Below are positions 41,656-55,239 of a stretch of DNA of 64,000 nucleotides, one piece after another (the stretch's first letter is position 1; each line of letters begins with the position of its first letter). The position numbers and the translations under genes were made by a program. Source of the DNA: Lama glama (lineage: Eukaryota); the NCBI GenBank assembly GCA_028534125.1, contig CM052816.1, positions 88,228,001 to 88,292,000 of the forward strand, in the 5' to 3' direction. The notes under the pieces were generated by a model, which was given only the letters and a program-made list of their open reading frames with translations, made no database searches and was not told the DNA's origin.

Positions 41656-42719
41656 TGGGGATTTTAGGTCACGATTTTAAAATTAAAAGATTATTAGGAG
41701 ATTAATGGCAACTATGTATAAGGGATAATTTTCTAATAATCAAATCATGTGTTAGTTAAAATCTGTAACTGGAACTGTTTAAATAGGTATCCCTTGCTCT
41801 TATATTATAAAATCATGAAGTACTAAACTGCTAAACATCCTACGCTAAAACAGAGGCAGAGAATTGAAGCTCAGTGCCTGTGACACAAAAGACATTCAAG
41901 GCATATTTGCATGGAAGGTGAGTGAATGAGTAAGTTAATAATGTGTCTAACTTCTGACTCCATTATATCAACTTGCTTCTGGCTCAGGCAGTATGCATAT
42001 CAATTGAAGGAAAGCCTCTGATCTTCTTTGACAAGTCAGATGAGTGTTATCATCTGTCCTGTCAACCACAACGCCATTATGGTCGCTCACATGATAAATG
42101 AGGTGGATTACAGAAAAAGTACTTTAAAAACCTTAAAACACCACTTAGGTACATGCTGTTATCCGGTAGGTGAAATGGTGCGTATTACAAAAACAAACTT
42201 GGATTTGAACATTGCTAGTTTTGTGACTTTGTTCTTATTTAATCTTTCTCAACTTTACAAATCCCAAGGGTAAATGGATGCAATAGTTCCCGACTCATCA
42301 TGAGAAGTAAATGTGTCAGACCCCACATGTAAAGAACTTAGCTAAGTCCTTATCACATTGCTTATCCAAACCTTATCACACAGAAAGTATTCACTGTCAG
42401 CGAGATGTCATAATACTATTGTCGTAATCATTATCGTTTTAGCAAGACACATTTATAGGTAGCATTTCTTCGGGAAAATAGCAAATAGCAGATGTATGTG
42501 TTACTCTGCCCTTAGTCCATGACCACAGCGGATGTTGCTAATTTGCTATGATCTTTTTCTTCCTGCTGTACTAGGTGACTACTGCTGACTGAAACGGTAA
42601 GAGGGATGTAGGTTATTTGCTACCTTTTCCTCTTAAGATTATTTTCATAAATTACCCTAAATATAGAAAATGAAGATAATGACTCAAAGGTATTTATTAT
42701 GCAATGTGTAATGACAACA

Positions 42720-45700
42720 AGATTGTGAAATAGTTAAGTCGTAGCCCTATTTTTCCCACGGAAGAACTGAGTTAACCATATACAGACCACAACAGCTTTA
42801 GGAGAAATTCAGATTCCAGTGAAGAGGTTGTAATAGCCCAGATGAGCACAACACTGACTGTGACCAGTCTTATTTAAAAGGCAAGAAAAGCAGTTTCACT
42901 TTACTGGCATCAGTTCAGTCCCTACCCCACGCTGGCTCAACTCAAAACCAAGAGAAATCATCACTGCCAGTGACTTCTCCCTGGAGAGAAAAAGGTGTAG
43001 GGAGTGGCTCCTGTGTCCCAGGACTGCCTGAAAAACCAATTTTTGCTTAGCCTCACTGAGAGAGTTGAAAGAACTGGCATAGTATGGGTGTCTGGGGACA
43101 GCTGAGAGCACAGGAAAGCAGAAGGCAGCTGGCTGCAGCTGGCACAGCCCTGTGAGAGTAGCAGAAGGCACAGAACCCAAGGCTGCTCCCTTACACTGGA
43201 GTAGAGTCTCCTCCAACAGCCACGCCTGTGGTGAAACAGTCAGAAACCTGAGGGTGCAAATGATTACAGGCTCTTGAAAAAAATTCTGTCTAATTAGTAA
43301 TAAAAATGCAAAAATCCAGAAAAGATATATCCATAGAGGAGGCTTGAGAGGTCCCCCAAAACTCCAGCTGGGCTGATTGGTGAAGGCCATTCCCTCATGA
43401 AGCCATTCTATAAAGACTAGAAGAATGGTACCTTCAAATACACAAATACTGATGGAAATCTACAAAGAACACAAAGAATTAGGTCAACAATATGACCCAT
43501 TAAAATAATCAAAATAAATCTCCAGTGACCAAGCCTAAAAAAATGGAGCTCTGTAAGTTATATTTTAAAAATTCAATATAATCGCCTTAAAGAAGCTCAG
43601 TGAGTTACAAGAAAACACAGATGGAAAACAATACACAAGCAGGGTGAGAAGGTCAGCAGAAGAAATAAATGCTCTATGAAAAAGCACTAAATATAATTCT
43701 AGATCTGCAGACTACAGTAACTGAACTGAAAAGCTCACTAGAGGAGTTCAGCATCGGACGTAATCAAGCAGAAGAAAGAATGAGTGAATACAAAGACAGG
43801 TCATTTGTCATCCAGTCAGAGGAGCAGAAAGAAAAAAAAGGATGAAAAAGTGAAGGAATCCTTAGGGTGTCACAGGAGCAAGAGTAAATAAACAGTAACA
43901 AAAGAGTATCACACTCTCTGGTAATGGAAAATATATAGACAAATACAGACCGCTGTAATAATGTGATGGTGGTTTTAATTGTACTATGAAAGTTAAAACG
44001 CAAAAGCATTGTTATAATTATGAAATGTTCATCAATATACAATATAAAATATGTGACTTTGGTATTAACAATATAAAACGTGTGTAAAGAAGAGAAGTAA
44101 AAATGTATAGTTTTTGTATTTGATTGAAGTTAAGTTGTAATCAGCTTAAAATAGACTTTATATCTCTAAGATGTCTTTTGTAAGCCTCATGGTAACCACA
44201 CACATACACACAACTTACAGAAGATACATAAAAGAAAAGAGAAAGGAATCAAAGCATAACATTATCTCTCCAAGAAAAATAAAAAAAAATCAAGAACTTA
44301 CAAAGAAAGACAGTGAGAGAGGAAAAGAGAAATGCAAGGACTCTGAGATAGACAGAAAATAATAAAATGGCAATAGTGAGTCCTCACCTATCAGTAATTA
44401 TTCTGAATGTAAGTAGATTAAATTCAAAGGACACAGATTGGCTGAATGGGTTAAAAAAACAAGACCCAACTCTGTGATACTGAATCACTTTGGATAAGGA
44501 CACACATAGGCTGAAAGTGAAGAAATACGAAAAGGCATTCCATGCAAATGGTAACAAAAAAGCACAGTAGTGGATACACATATACCAGACAAAATATGTC
44601 TTAAGTTAAAAATTATCACCAAAGACTGTAATTATATAATGACAGAAAGGCCAATTCATCAAGAAAATATAGCAGTTATAAGTAAGCATGCATACAACAT
44701 CAGAGCACCTAAATATATAAAGCGAACACGACAGAACTGAAGGGAGAAATAGATACCAATACAATCATAATAGGGTCACTTTAATACCACACTTTCAATA
44801 ATAGAGAGAATATTCAGCCAAAAAGTCAACAAGGAAGCAGTGGACTTGAAAAACACAGTAGACCAAGACTTAGGAGACACATGGCGGACATTCCACCCAC
44901 TAGCAGGAGAATAAACATTGTTTTCACGTGCACATAAAACATTCCCTAGAATAGAACACACGTTAGGTCATAAAACTAGTCTTAACTTTAAGAAGATTAA
45001 TATCATATCAAATATTTTCTTGAAATACAACAAAATGAACCTTGAAATCGATAACAGCAGGAAAACTGGAAAAATTCACAAACGTGGAAATTGAACAACA
45101 TATTCTTGAAAAAGTAATAAGTAAAATAAAAATCCAAAGAAAAATTAGAAAACATATTAAGGCAAATGAAAATCAAAACATGACATACCGAAACATTTGG
45201 GATACAGCAAAAAAATGTACTAAAAAGGGAAGATTATAGCAATAAAAGCTTACATTTGAGAAGAAAAAGTATCTCAAATAAAAAAACCTAAATTTGTATT
45301 TCAGAGGACTAAAAGGGAAGAATCAACTAAACTCAAAGTTAGCAGATGGAAGGAAAGAAATATTGGAGGAGAAATAAAAAAGAAAATTGAAAAAAATCAA
45401 TAAAATTAAGAACTGGATATTTGAAAAGATAAAATTATCAACCTTTACCTAGATTAAACAAGAAAAAAGGAGAGGATTCAAATAAAAATTTCAAAAATGG
45501 AAGATATTCAACTGATGACACAAAAATAAAGGAATACATTCCTAGAAACATACAATCTACCTAGACTTAATCATTAAGAACTAGAAAATCTGAACAGACG
45601 TATAAATAATAAGGAGATTGAATCAGTAATCAAAAACTTTCTAACAAAAACAAAATAGCTCATAGCCAGAAGACTTCACTGGTGAATCCTACCAAATATT

Positions 45701-45799
45701 TAAAGAGAAATTAATGTCAATCCTTTTCAAACACTTTCAAACTCTCAAAAATTTGTTAAGAACGTCAGACTCATATTGTGTTCTTACTGCAATAAAAAA
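42720..45799 (+). mobile_element. Old L1M element: 5'UTR, ORF1 part, ORF2 endonuclease/linker, RT deleted, 3' tail
   Basis: ORF1 peptides KFNIIALKKLSELQENTD and LKSSLEEF..QAEERMSE; ORF2 start ATG 44367 MAIVSPHLSVIILNV..HRLAEWVKKQDPT..HANGN; PEDFTGESYQIFKEKL near 45670; then directly an L1MA10/MB-type end aatttgttaag..gtgttcttactgcaataaa. Confidence 0.9.
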
Positions 45800-46004
45800 G
45801 CAGCACATATTAAATTACTGAAATAGTTATAAATATTCTAAATAAACTACCAAATTTGAACAAAATGCAATTTTGAAAGCATTCATGATTTATTTAATAA
45901 TCTTGATGCTGCATTGTTAATGCAGAATTCCACCAGTAACTGTCAGAAAGTGATGCCTTTAAAAGTTATCACATTTAATGTCTTATATACCTGTGACTAT
46001 TATG

Positions 46005-46095
46005 TTTTCAAGACTGGGAAACTAATGTTCAGAAAGGTAATACATCCAAGGTCACACAGCAATTAAATATTGGAACAAGTGACCTGAGCCTCATA
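46005..46095 (-). mobile_element. MIR core fragment
   Basis: gggaaactaatgttcagaaaggtaa..ccaaggtcacacagc. Confidence 0.55.
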
Positions 46096-46650
46096 ACCAG
46101 TAAACCACAAAGTAACAAGCCTTCATATAACCTGAGAATTCCCAGGAAACAAAGTCATGTTTAGTTACTAAGATTTGAAACCCCAGCTCAAATCTGATCT
46201 CCTTGTTTACATAATTCAGTTTTTAACTCCTTTTTTAACAGTTTCTCATTTTAATAGTGATTTAATAACTATTTTAATGACCATTATGGAGCATCTTAAG
46301 TTACAATCTCATGATGAGGTAAGATTCATACTCTAATGATTATAATTCAGGGCAATGCCATAAATACATTTGTCTATGTTACAATATTCTAAAAGCATTC
46401 AGAAACAGGAATGGTCCTTTCAACTTGTCTGATCAGAAAGAGCTTTATGTATAAAGAGCATGGTAGCGACGCTGAGCTCAGAAGATGTCAAAGGCAGGAA
46501 AAGAGAGGATTATGAAACAACAGAGTGTACTTAGTTTTACCAGAATTCTTGGATTCATACTGGGCAGTTGTGGGAAATAAAAGTATATAAACAAGTTAAG
46601 GATAGACTGGACAGTTTTCAGTTCCAGGCCAAGATTTTAGATTTTGTGGT

Positions 46651-47004
46651 TGTGGCTGAAATCGTGCTGAGTGGTTCAGACTCACCGTTAAGAATGAGAA
46701 TTAAGTTTCCATCTACTGGGGGTGCTGGTGGCAGATGGCACTCATCCATCACGCTCCTTCCCAGGGGCAGCCCTCATCCGATGACCGGTTGCGTTGACTG
46801 TAAAGATTTGGCCGCTTTACCACAGTACAGGATAACGCCGGTGAGTCAACTTAGCTGTTGCGAAAGCCTCGCAACCTAACTTACCTGCCCAGTCCTGATC
46901 ACTTCCCTTCTCCCACAGGTGCTTATCTGGGCGCAAGCTCCGTAATAAACTTAATGCACATCCACATCTCAGAGTCAGCTTTCCTGGGGATCTGATTTTC
47001 AGTA
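46651..47004 (+). mobile_element. ERVL solo LTR (LTR16A-like)
   Basis: ctgcccagtcctg..cccacaggtgctt..aataaacttaatgcac..catctcagagtcagctttcctgggga. Confidence 0.75.
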
Positions 47005-48929
47005 GTTGCAGTCAATGGAAAACCAGGGGATGACAGAATGTTTTATGAACAAAAAGTACGTTGGAGAGTTTATTACAACTGCTTATCTTTCAAGATAGCT
47101 GACTGATTTCAAGCTTCTGCCCTGCTCTTTTCCAAAGCACCAATAAAACAATATCAAAGAAAATCTTATAACAGCAAAAAAGAATGAGAGGAAAACTTCA
47201 ATGATTAAGAGAGATTTGGACAAACTTCAGCAAAAGAAAAAAGTATGTGGGAACTAGTACTGATGAAAAGAAAAGCAATAAAGAGAAGTATTAAAAATAA
47301 AGGAAGCTACTAGGGTGGGAGAGAAGGCAAAAGGATGTTAAAATAGAAGGCACAAGTGAAATTCTTCTTCAAATTCAATGTATATTTTAAATGGAAAATT
47401 ACCCTCAATAAAAGGATTAAAATAATAATTTTCTTTATTTGAGGGGAAGAAAAGTGATGAAGTTGAATACCTGTGAACTAAATCGTCATCTTTCCTGGAA
47501 GAGCATCAAGAGATAATGAGTTAAATTGATAAATTAGTAAAGATTATTTAAGTATGTAATTTCCAAATAAGGAGGTATGTCCAAATAAATACAGCTGAGT
47601 TTGAGAAATTGGACTGGGAACAGGGTATGGAAAATATAGTAATCTCAATTTATCACAACTCCTCTGACTATTTTACATTTTTATTATGTGCCTGCGTGCC
47701 TATGATAATATTTAGAATAAGGGACATATTATTCCAGTAGCAACAATTAATCCGATAAAGAGATGAGTGGGGAAAGGATGTAAATTGATTAAAGAATTAA
47801 GGTATCATTGTAAGTTTAGCCAACTAATTATGAGGTCAATGAGAATGGAGGGTGTCACTATCAGTTTTCAAGACTGAGTGACTGAGACAACGGGACAAGA
47901 AGAAATAGTGGGCAGGAAGAGTAGCAAGTCTGAAGAATCAGTGTACACATCTTCTGGCTCATCTGCATGCAGAACATGCTAAAATGTGATCAGCAGATCA
48001 CCAGGAATGTGAGAAAAAAGCATGAGAAAGAGTTAAGCCATAGATTTTGTTATGTTACTTTAAAAAGATCTTAAAATATTAATTATTATAACTTCTCTGC
48101 ACCCTTTTCTTTCCTTTTTCATTAGAAGGGAATGAAGTAACTTGAAAACATCTAGAGTTACTGTAGCAGAAATGCAGAGGAAAAGGCACGACTACTATAT
48201 AAAAAAATTATAAGCAGGCTCCTGATGTCAAAATAGCACAGGGTGATGTGATTATCAAATTGATCCCGCAGAAAACTTTAGAAAGGGTATGGAGAGGAAG
48301 AGAAAGAAAACACCAGTGACTCGTGTAAGAATAAAGGATAGTCGAAGGGGATGCCACTGGGGTGGAGAAGATGGTGGGCCATGGCCACGATGGAAGTCCA
48401 GTGTCAAAACAGAAGGATGCAACTTGGCGAATTTGGGAGAGATCATCAAGAGACAGGAGGATTTTATGTAGGTCACCAAATAGAAGTCAACATGACAGCT
48501 GAAGACGCTGACTTCTCAGTCAAGGGAACAGCTTACTTCCCCTGCACAGAGGTCAGCTGGATTTCACCTTCCTACAGAACAATTTCTTTCTCATACTGAC
48601 CCATTTAGTAACCCCTGCCATGCAGTGAGAGCTAATGCAAGTGGGCTACGCGTGTGAGTCTCCTCTGTCAGAATTTGTACCAGGAGAAAAAAATAATTGA
48701 AGAACCTTTTGTTTGACATTTTAGTCTTAGATCAATGGCTAACACATAAATTTACTCTTTCTAGTTTAGAAAGGGCTGGTCTCAGGGACATCCTTATGGT
48801 ACTCTTAACAGAAGAAGAGCAAGTACCTGTGTGTTCTGCCCCTCAATTGAGACCTACCTGCTTTTTATTCAACTTCTTGAAAGCTTCAAAGAGCCCTCTG
48901 AGATGAATATCTTGCACTCGTCTCTTGTT

Positions 48930-49141
48930 ACAGTGTTTAGATCATGGGGTCTGCATTTAGAATGAGTTAAATTTTTATTTCTGCTCCCTACTAAATTTGT
49001 GAATTTTAAGTCTGCTTCCTCTTCTGGAAAATGTGAAGGAAAATAATAGTGCAGACTATAATGTAGATTTTTCAGTAATGAGACAATTTATTTAAGGCCC
49101 TAGTTCATAGCCTAATGTATATGAGCACTCAAAAATGTCAG
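48930..49141 (+). mobile_element. MIR SINE, tail interrupted by the following LTR
   Basis: ttcctcttctggaaaatg..aataatagt..gcactcaaaaatgtcag. Confidence 0.55.
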
Positions 49142-49524
49142 TGTGAGCTGGCCTTGAGATGAGTTAAGGCCGTGGGACCCAAGGCCACGACTACAGAGCA
49201 TGTTTGTAGCATGCAGTAAATAATTGCTCCACACATGCGTCAATTATATAAGATTTAGAACAAAGGAAATAGAAGCATGTATGTGCTAGAGATATTCTGT
49301 AAGCCTGATGAACAAAGAAACTAAGACCACGCATGTGCTGACAGAAAACAGATAAAAGCAGGACAGGTGCATCTTAGGCATGCACCTCCCTGTGGCAACA
49401 AAGTGTTGCTAACCCCATGGTGTCTCCCACTCAAGTCTGTCTGGGGGTATGGCAACTCCTCCTGCATTTTTTCGTTTGGGCCACTCACCTCCTAGAACCC
49501 CATGTCAGCCTCCCTCAGCTGACA
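49142..49524 (+). mobile_element. Solo ERV-type LTR, family not recognised
   Basis: TG...CA ends with imperfect terminal inverted repeat (tgtgagctg / cagctgaca); GTCAG duplicated at 49137-49141 and 49525-49529; GATAAAA at 49351 and degenerate poly-A signal AACAAA at 49397 give the orientation. Confidence 0.8.
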
Positions 49525-50844
49525 GTCAGCTTTGACTCAATTATTATTTTAAAATAAAGGTTAGAGGAATGAAGAGATCTATGAAGTTACAAAACTAGTA
49601 TCACAGTCTAGTTAGATTTCAATCTCATTCTTTGGGTTTTGAATTTACCTCCAAAGTTTTTATTCTTTATTGCTTAGCTCTGAGAATCTCTCATCTTTTT
49701 TTTTTAATCTGACTTATTATTCTCAAATTATGATTTACTGTTTAAACATTCTCATAAATAAAAGAATAATAGTCAACAGGACATAATACAGCTCTATAGT
49801 CCTGGGTAGAATCAATCAATATTTGTAACCCTAATCTTTTGGATTTAAGGATGAAATCTATCTGACACACATGAAAAGTATTTAGACTTTTGTATGTGTT
49901 GGATATTACAGTCCTGAGGATGGGGCTAATGTATGACCAGGGCCAACATATATTAGAAACTCAATTCATACTGCAAAATAAATTTGGATTCAAGATAACA
50001 CATTAATTTTGGCAATCTAATAATTTATGTGTATTGCTAGACCATCAGATTGATGACAGACATTAGCAAGGTCATTATTATAGTTATAATTTACTAATTA
50101 TCCTCTCTGTAATATAATAATACCATCAAGTTTAAATTATTCTCGGATAAATTATTTTAGCTCTAAAAATGACAGAGGGAAAAGAGTTTTAGAAGAGTGA
50201 CTGATGTGGATAACTATCCAAATAAATAATGAATAGCTTTTCCCCATATACTTGGATAGTTGTATATTTCAGGGAAGAAAAATGATGTATGTGAGGAAGT
50301 AAATATGTAATCCTTTGCTCCAGCAGTGACTAGCATGAAGTGGAAAATAACATTATTCCATTATAACTAGTATTGTGACATAAAATTGAGGATTAATGAC
50401 TGTCCATATGTTTCCTCAAAAATAGCCATGATTCAACTATAATTTAATATGAGCAGCATCAAATGATTCATACAGATTGATTCTTTTTATCATTTGCAGT
50501 ATTTTTAGCTAATTATATATGTGATTACTTTAAGAATCGTAGCAGAAGTTTTTGATTTATGGTAAGATTTGCTCCTTACCTTGAAATTACTTTAATGATC
50601 ATATGTCATATTTTAAGATGGATTTATGTTGTTTCTGCTCAAACAACATTTTAGTTTATTTCTGATGTGCATACACAAATAATACCTCACAGTAAAATAA
50701 CAATATGCAGTTTCACAGACAAGTGGTGACAGACCTAAAATAATTGGAGAAGAGAAAGAGAAAAATGAGTCAAGAGAACAATCTTCTAAGAGAGGGACCA
50801 TGTATTCAGTTGCATAAACCTGAGTTGTAGGGGTGAGCCTAGAA

Positions 50845-51630
50845 CCTCACTCTCCTTCATATTCTACAACTAAATTTTCACTGTGTACTTTGAGTTTTAC
50901 CTTCAAAATCTCTCTCCAATGCATCTGTCTCTATAGCATCAAACTAGAACTGGTTAAAATGTCTCTTGGGAGAACAAACTCTATTTCCACTCTTGTCTCC
51001 TTCTAATATCTTTAATGAATCTAAAGTGGTGGTTTTAAATAGAAATAGAAATATTTCACATCAAACTTTTTGCTCAAAAGCACCTAGCAGCCTCCTATTG
51101 CTGTTAGGTAAATATTCAAAAATTTACCATGGTCTCAATAAAAAAATGTTAAAAAAATTTTTTTTACCATTGTCTATGAGGCTGACAATAGTATGACCCC
51201 ACTTCTCATTACAGTTCTAGCCCAAGCCTTTCTCTTTTATCTCTCTCATCTCTCTTTAAAATTTCCTTCAAACAAACAAGATCTCTGTCATTACAAAACA
51301 TTTGCTCATATTCTTTCGCCTCAAATACTCTTCTCTCTGCCCCATTTTTGACTAGATAGCATAATACATAGTTCTCAGTTCATTTATTATTTCCTGCATG
51401 TTTTATTTTTTTGAATTATTTATTTATAGATGTGTTTGTGCAGTTGCTTGATTTGTGCCATTCATTGGTCCACTGGGCTTTGGACTCTATGGAAAAAGAT
51501 ACCATGATTGTTTTTCTCACTATTGTATCTTTAGTGCTTTATACGGTACCAACCATATCATAGCTCTCAGTACACATCTATTTGTTAATGGTATGATTGA
51601 ATGGATAGTTGACTAAGTGGGTGAATAAAC
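50845..51630 (+). mobile_element. L2 3' portion
   Basis: ttttaccttcaaaat..ttgctcaaaa..cctcctattgc..ctcactattgtatctttagtgc..tatttgtt..gattgaatggat. Confidence 0.7.
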
Positions 51631-51659
51631 TAATTGAGTAGAATAAAATATCATTTGCA

Positions 51660-52006
51660 AATTGTTAATCTACCCTTTGTCATAAGACCGGCTATGGCTA
51701 AGGAGATCTGGATGGATGTAACATCATGCCGGTTCCACAATGAGACCTTGAGAGTCATTATGTCTCAGCTCGCTCTTTTGCACTCTATCATCTGCCATGA
51801 GAAAACATACCCCAGGTAATCATGATCCCAGAATGTGGATACATATGGAGTAGACTTGAGCCCAACCCACAGCTTAGAGTCAAGTTGCTGTTGTGAGTTG
51901 AGCTCAGCAGATCCAGAGTTGACCCACACATATATGAATGAGAAATAAGTTATTTGTAGGCACCACTTGGAGTTCATGCTGTTTTCAGTAATAGCTGATT
52001 GGTAAA
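51660..52006 (+). mobile_element. MaLR LTR (MLT1I/J-like)
   Basis: ctgccatgagaa..cccagaatg..catatggagtagacttgagcccaacccacagc..atagctgattg. Confidence 0.65.
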
Positions 52007-52879
52007 TTACTAACATATAAATAGATTATAATTTACAGTGAGTAATAAGGCCATTTATTAAAATTAGAAAAATAACTTGATTTTATATACTATATAAACA
52101 TATATAATTATCAAAACATAATATTGATCATCTCATCACATATAACATATTTAAATTACCTCTTGCCCTCTAAATAAGAAAAATATTGGTACTTATGGAA
52201 GGCTTAGCTAAAACTTATAAACAAGATGCGTTGAATTCTTTCACACTTGTCAAGGACATTGTTTTCCTTATTTTAACTCTATACTTTGTTGAGTTACAAC
52301 CATATTAAATTTAATATTGCTCTACTCTTTATAGCTAAATGCACGCATTGGAAAAAGCTGAATCTTGTAGATTCCTTTAAATTCTTGGCTTCATTTTCTA
52401 AACCATATACCTTTGTTTGGAAGAGAAATGTCTTTGTAACAGAAACTAAGGCTAGATTTTATTCTCACTTGTTCCCTTCCAAGAATTGAAGAGTAATTGG
52501 AGCAATAAGCTTATATTCTGTAGCACTCAGTGTACTGCTTTAGTGAATTGCTATTACTTCTCAGAAGAAGGCAGACTGTACAGTGATCACCCACAGGGCG
52601 TGTGTTTCTGATGAATGGCAAGTGTGGGATGCTTCAGTCATTAAAAACTCCAGGCAGAATCTATTCCTAGAAACACATGCTGATGCTCACAGGCAGTGGT
52701 GCATAATAGTAAGAAATGAATAGAAATTATCATTTTTTATAGCACATGCATTTCTAGTTTTCCAGAAGGGTGTGTTTTAGGTTCACTGGTTTCTAAAGGC
52801 TTTGTCATATCAACATCTAGTTTATTAGTCTCTTTTAAGACTTCTTTGAACTACAAGAAACATTAAAGATCGTCTAATC

Positions 52880-53027
52880 TAGTTTTATCAAATTTCTGGG
52901 GACTTTAAAGTATACTGATGCCCAAACCCACCCCAGACAAATTCTGGTCATTGCACTTGGGCATGAATACTTTTTTAGAAAAGCTCCCAGGTTTATTTTA
53001 ACATGCATTCAAATTTAAGAGCATTGA
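52880..53027. mobile_element. MER5-like MITE, adjacent to a MIR3-like piece at ~53030-53110
   Basis: tactgatgcccaaacccaccccagac..gggcatg..aaagctcccagg. Confidence 0.6.
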
Positions 53028-53488
53028 TTCTAGTTTAATTCCTTTTTTTAAATGAAGATAGGAACTGAGACCCAGCAAAGTAGAATGATTTACCCAAGGT
53101 GACCAAACAAATTATTATAATCATTTGTGAGACTCATTCAGTTACATAGCACATTTCTTCCACTATAGTGAGAAAATCTTCCTCTTAATTGGAATTATTT
53201 TACCTATAACTTTATTCATCCATATCAGCAAATATCACCTTGAAATTTAAATTCAAATCCACAGTACTGCGAAAGATATGCATTCTCATTCTATCTTTTA
53301 CATTGATATCTCTAATTTGCGCTATTGAGAAGTGTCTGCAAGGAATACACATTGTCTTTGTAAAGTAACCTTTTATAGATTAACAGAGCTCTAATTTGTG
53401 ATGAGTTAAAGTATTCTGAATAGATTTTACCAATCCTGCTATAGCCACACTTCTCTTGATAGAGTTACAATATAAGTAAAACAAAAAA

Positions 53489-53553
53489 CTTAAAACAGCT
53501 GATATATTTGACCTATGGAAGCTTAAAACAGCTGATATATTTGACCTATGGAA
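53489..53553. repeat. Perfect 32-bp direct repeat, period 33
   Basis: cttaaaacagctgatatatttgacctatggaa at 53489-53520 and 53522-53553. Confidence 0.97.
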
Positions 53554-54314
53554 ACATAAGAAAACAAATTAACACAATTAATTTATTATCTGCAAAATTT
53601 TTCCTTCTCTTTAGAAAGGAGAACATACTGTAACTCAGTATAGTATCATTCAGTATATCATATTATCATGGACATTTGTGATTTCCACATATCCTGTTCA
53701 TGCACGCATTTGTCACCAGAAGGAGTAAAGACATTGACATCACAGGATAGTGACTACCTCTGCTAATATTAAAGTGCTCACTGGGGGAAAGCAGCTACTT
53801 GCATCACTGGACAAATGAATCATCTTATTAGAGATGATGATGTTAATACCACCACCAGCAGCTAGTGTTTTTTAAGTCATGTGACTGGAAGACTCAGAAG
53901 CGTCTGAAAGATCCTTTCTTCTTTTGCTAAATTTCTAAATGCATGTGTGGGAGGGCTGAGACCGCCTAATGCCCGCTTCACTGTAACAAGGTCATTTTTA
54001 ACGAACAAAAGTTAATTAGGCCCAAATGTATCTCTTTCGGTGCAACTGGTGTTATCACAATTTGAATAGTCTCAGACTGCTGGGCACAGGGAGGAAAAAT
54101 TAGAAGTATGTCTCACTCACAATGTCAATCCAGTAGTTTTAATGAAAGAAATTCCACGGGGAGCAAAGGAAAAAAAGATATGAAAGGCCTAGTAATTATT
54201 TAAGGGGAAAGAGGACAGGAAATTTGCAGAATGAGTATAAGAAAACGATAAGCTAAAAATAGAATGTGTAATAAAAAATGATTATGGAAGGCAATTGAAT
54301 GTAAATGTTAAAAA

Positions 54315-54749
54315 CAGATTGAAGCTTTGTGGCAGCCCTGCATGTAGAAGGTCTATCAGTGCCATTTGGCCAACTGCATTTGCTCACTTTATGTCTGTGT
54401 GTCGAATTTTGGTAATTCTCAAAATATTTCAAACTTTTTCATTATTATAATATTTACTATGATGATGTGTGACCAGTAACCTTTGACGCTACTACTGCAG
54501 AACTATTACAGTTCACTGAAGGCTCAGATGATGGCTAATATTTTTTAGCAATAAAATATTTTTAAATTAAGGGTATACACATTATGTTTTAGACTAATGC
54601 TATTGCATACTTAATAGACCACAGTATAGAGTAAACATAACTTTTATATGCACTGGGAAACCAAAAAATCCACTTGACTCATTTATCGCAATATTCACTT
54701 TAAAGCCATGGTCTGAAACCGAATCTGCAATATCACTGAAGTATGCCTG
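54315..54749 (+). mobile_element. Internally deleted Tigger1 derivative
   Basis: attgaagctttgtggcagccctg..ttggtaattctc..actgaaggctcagatgat..tgcactgggaaaccaaaaaat..gtatgcctg followed by TA. Confidence 0.9.
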
Positions 54750-55239
54750 TATAAGTAAGCCCTTTTAAATTATTCACTGCTGTTCTTTTGATCAAGAATA
54801 TATTGTTTAAAAAATTATTGATATACATTTGTAAAGAAATTCTAACAATATTAAATAAGACACTTTATTTGTGAATTTCCATTGACCATTCTCAGGAGAG
54901 TAGCAAGTGGGGTTTCTCAGAAAAATTCGATATTAACAGCACATCAGGAAGGAAAATAATCAGTGTAAATTGAAAGTTACTGTCTGTAAATGTGTGATTA
55001 TTTGTTGCTCCACAAAATTAACGGGCTGACATTTATCATTCCTAAATCAATCCAGCATTAGAAAATAGTGTTTTTTGGTAATGATCTTTGTAAATCTTTG
55101 GTAGAGAACAGCGCTGAATTCTCAAATGTATATTAAGGCTTTTATATACTTTATCTAGTTATTTATTTTCTATTTACAACAAGAGACAGAGTATAGTGTT
55201 CAAATATTTTGTGTAGATTTTATAAACTGTTTTAATCCA

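Noticed and set aside
42896..43390. 164-aa minus-strand ORF
   Set aside because: Antisense to the 5'UTR of an old L1, with no recognisable homology
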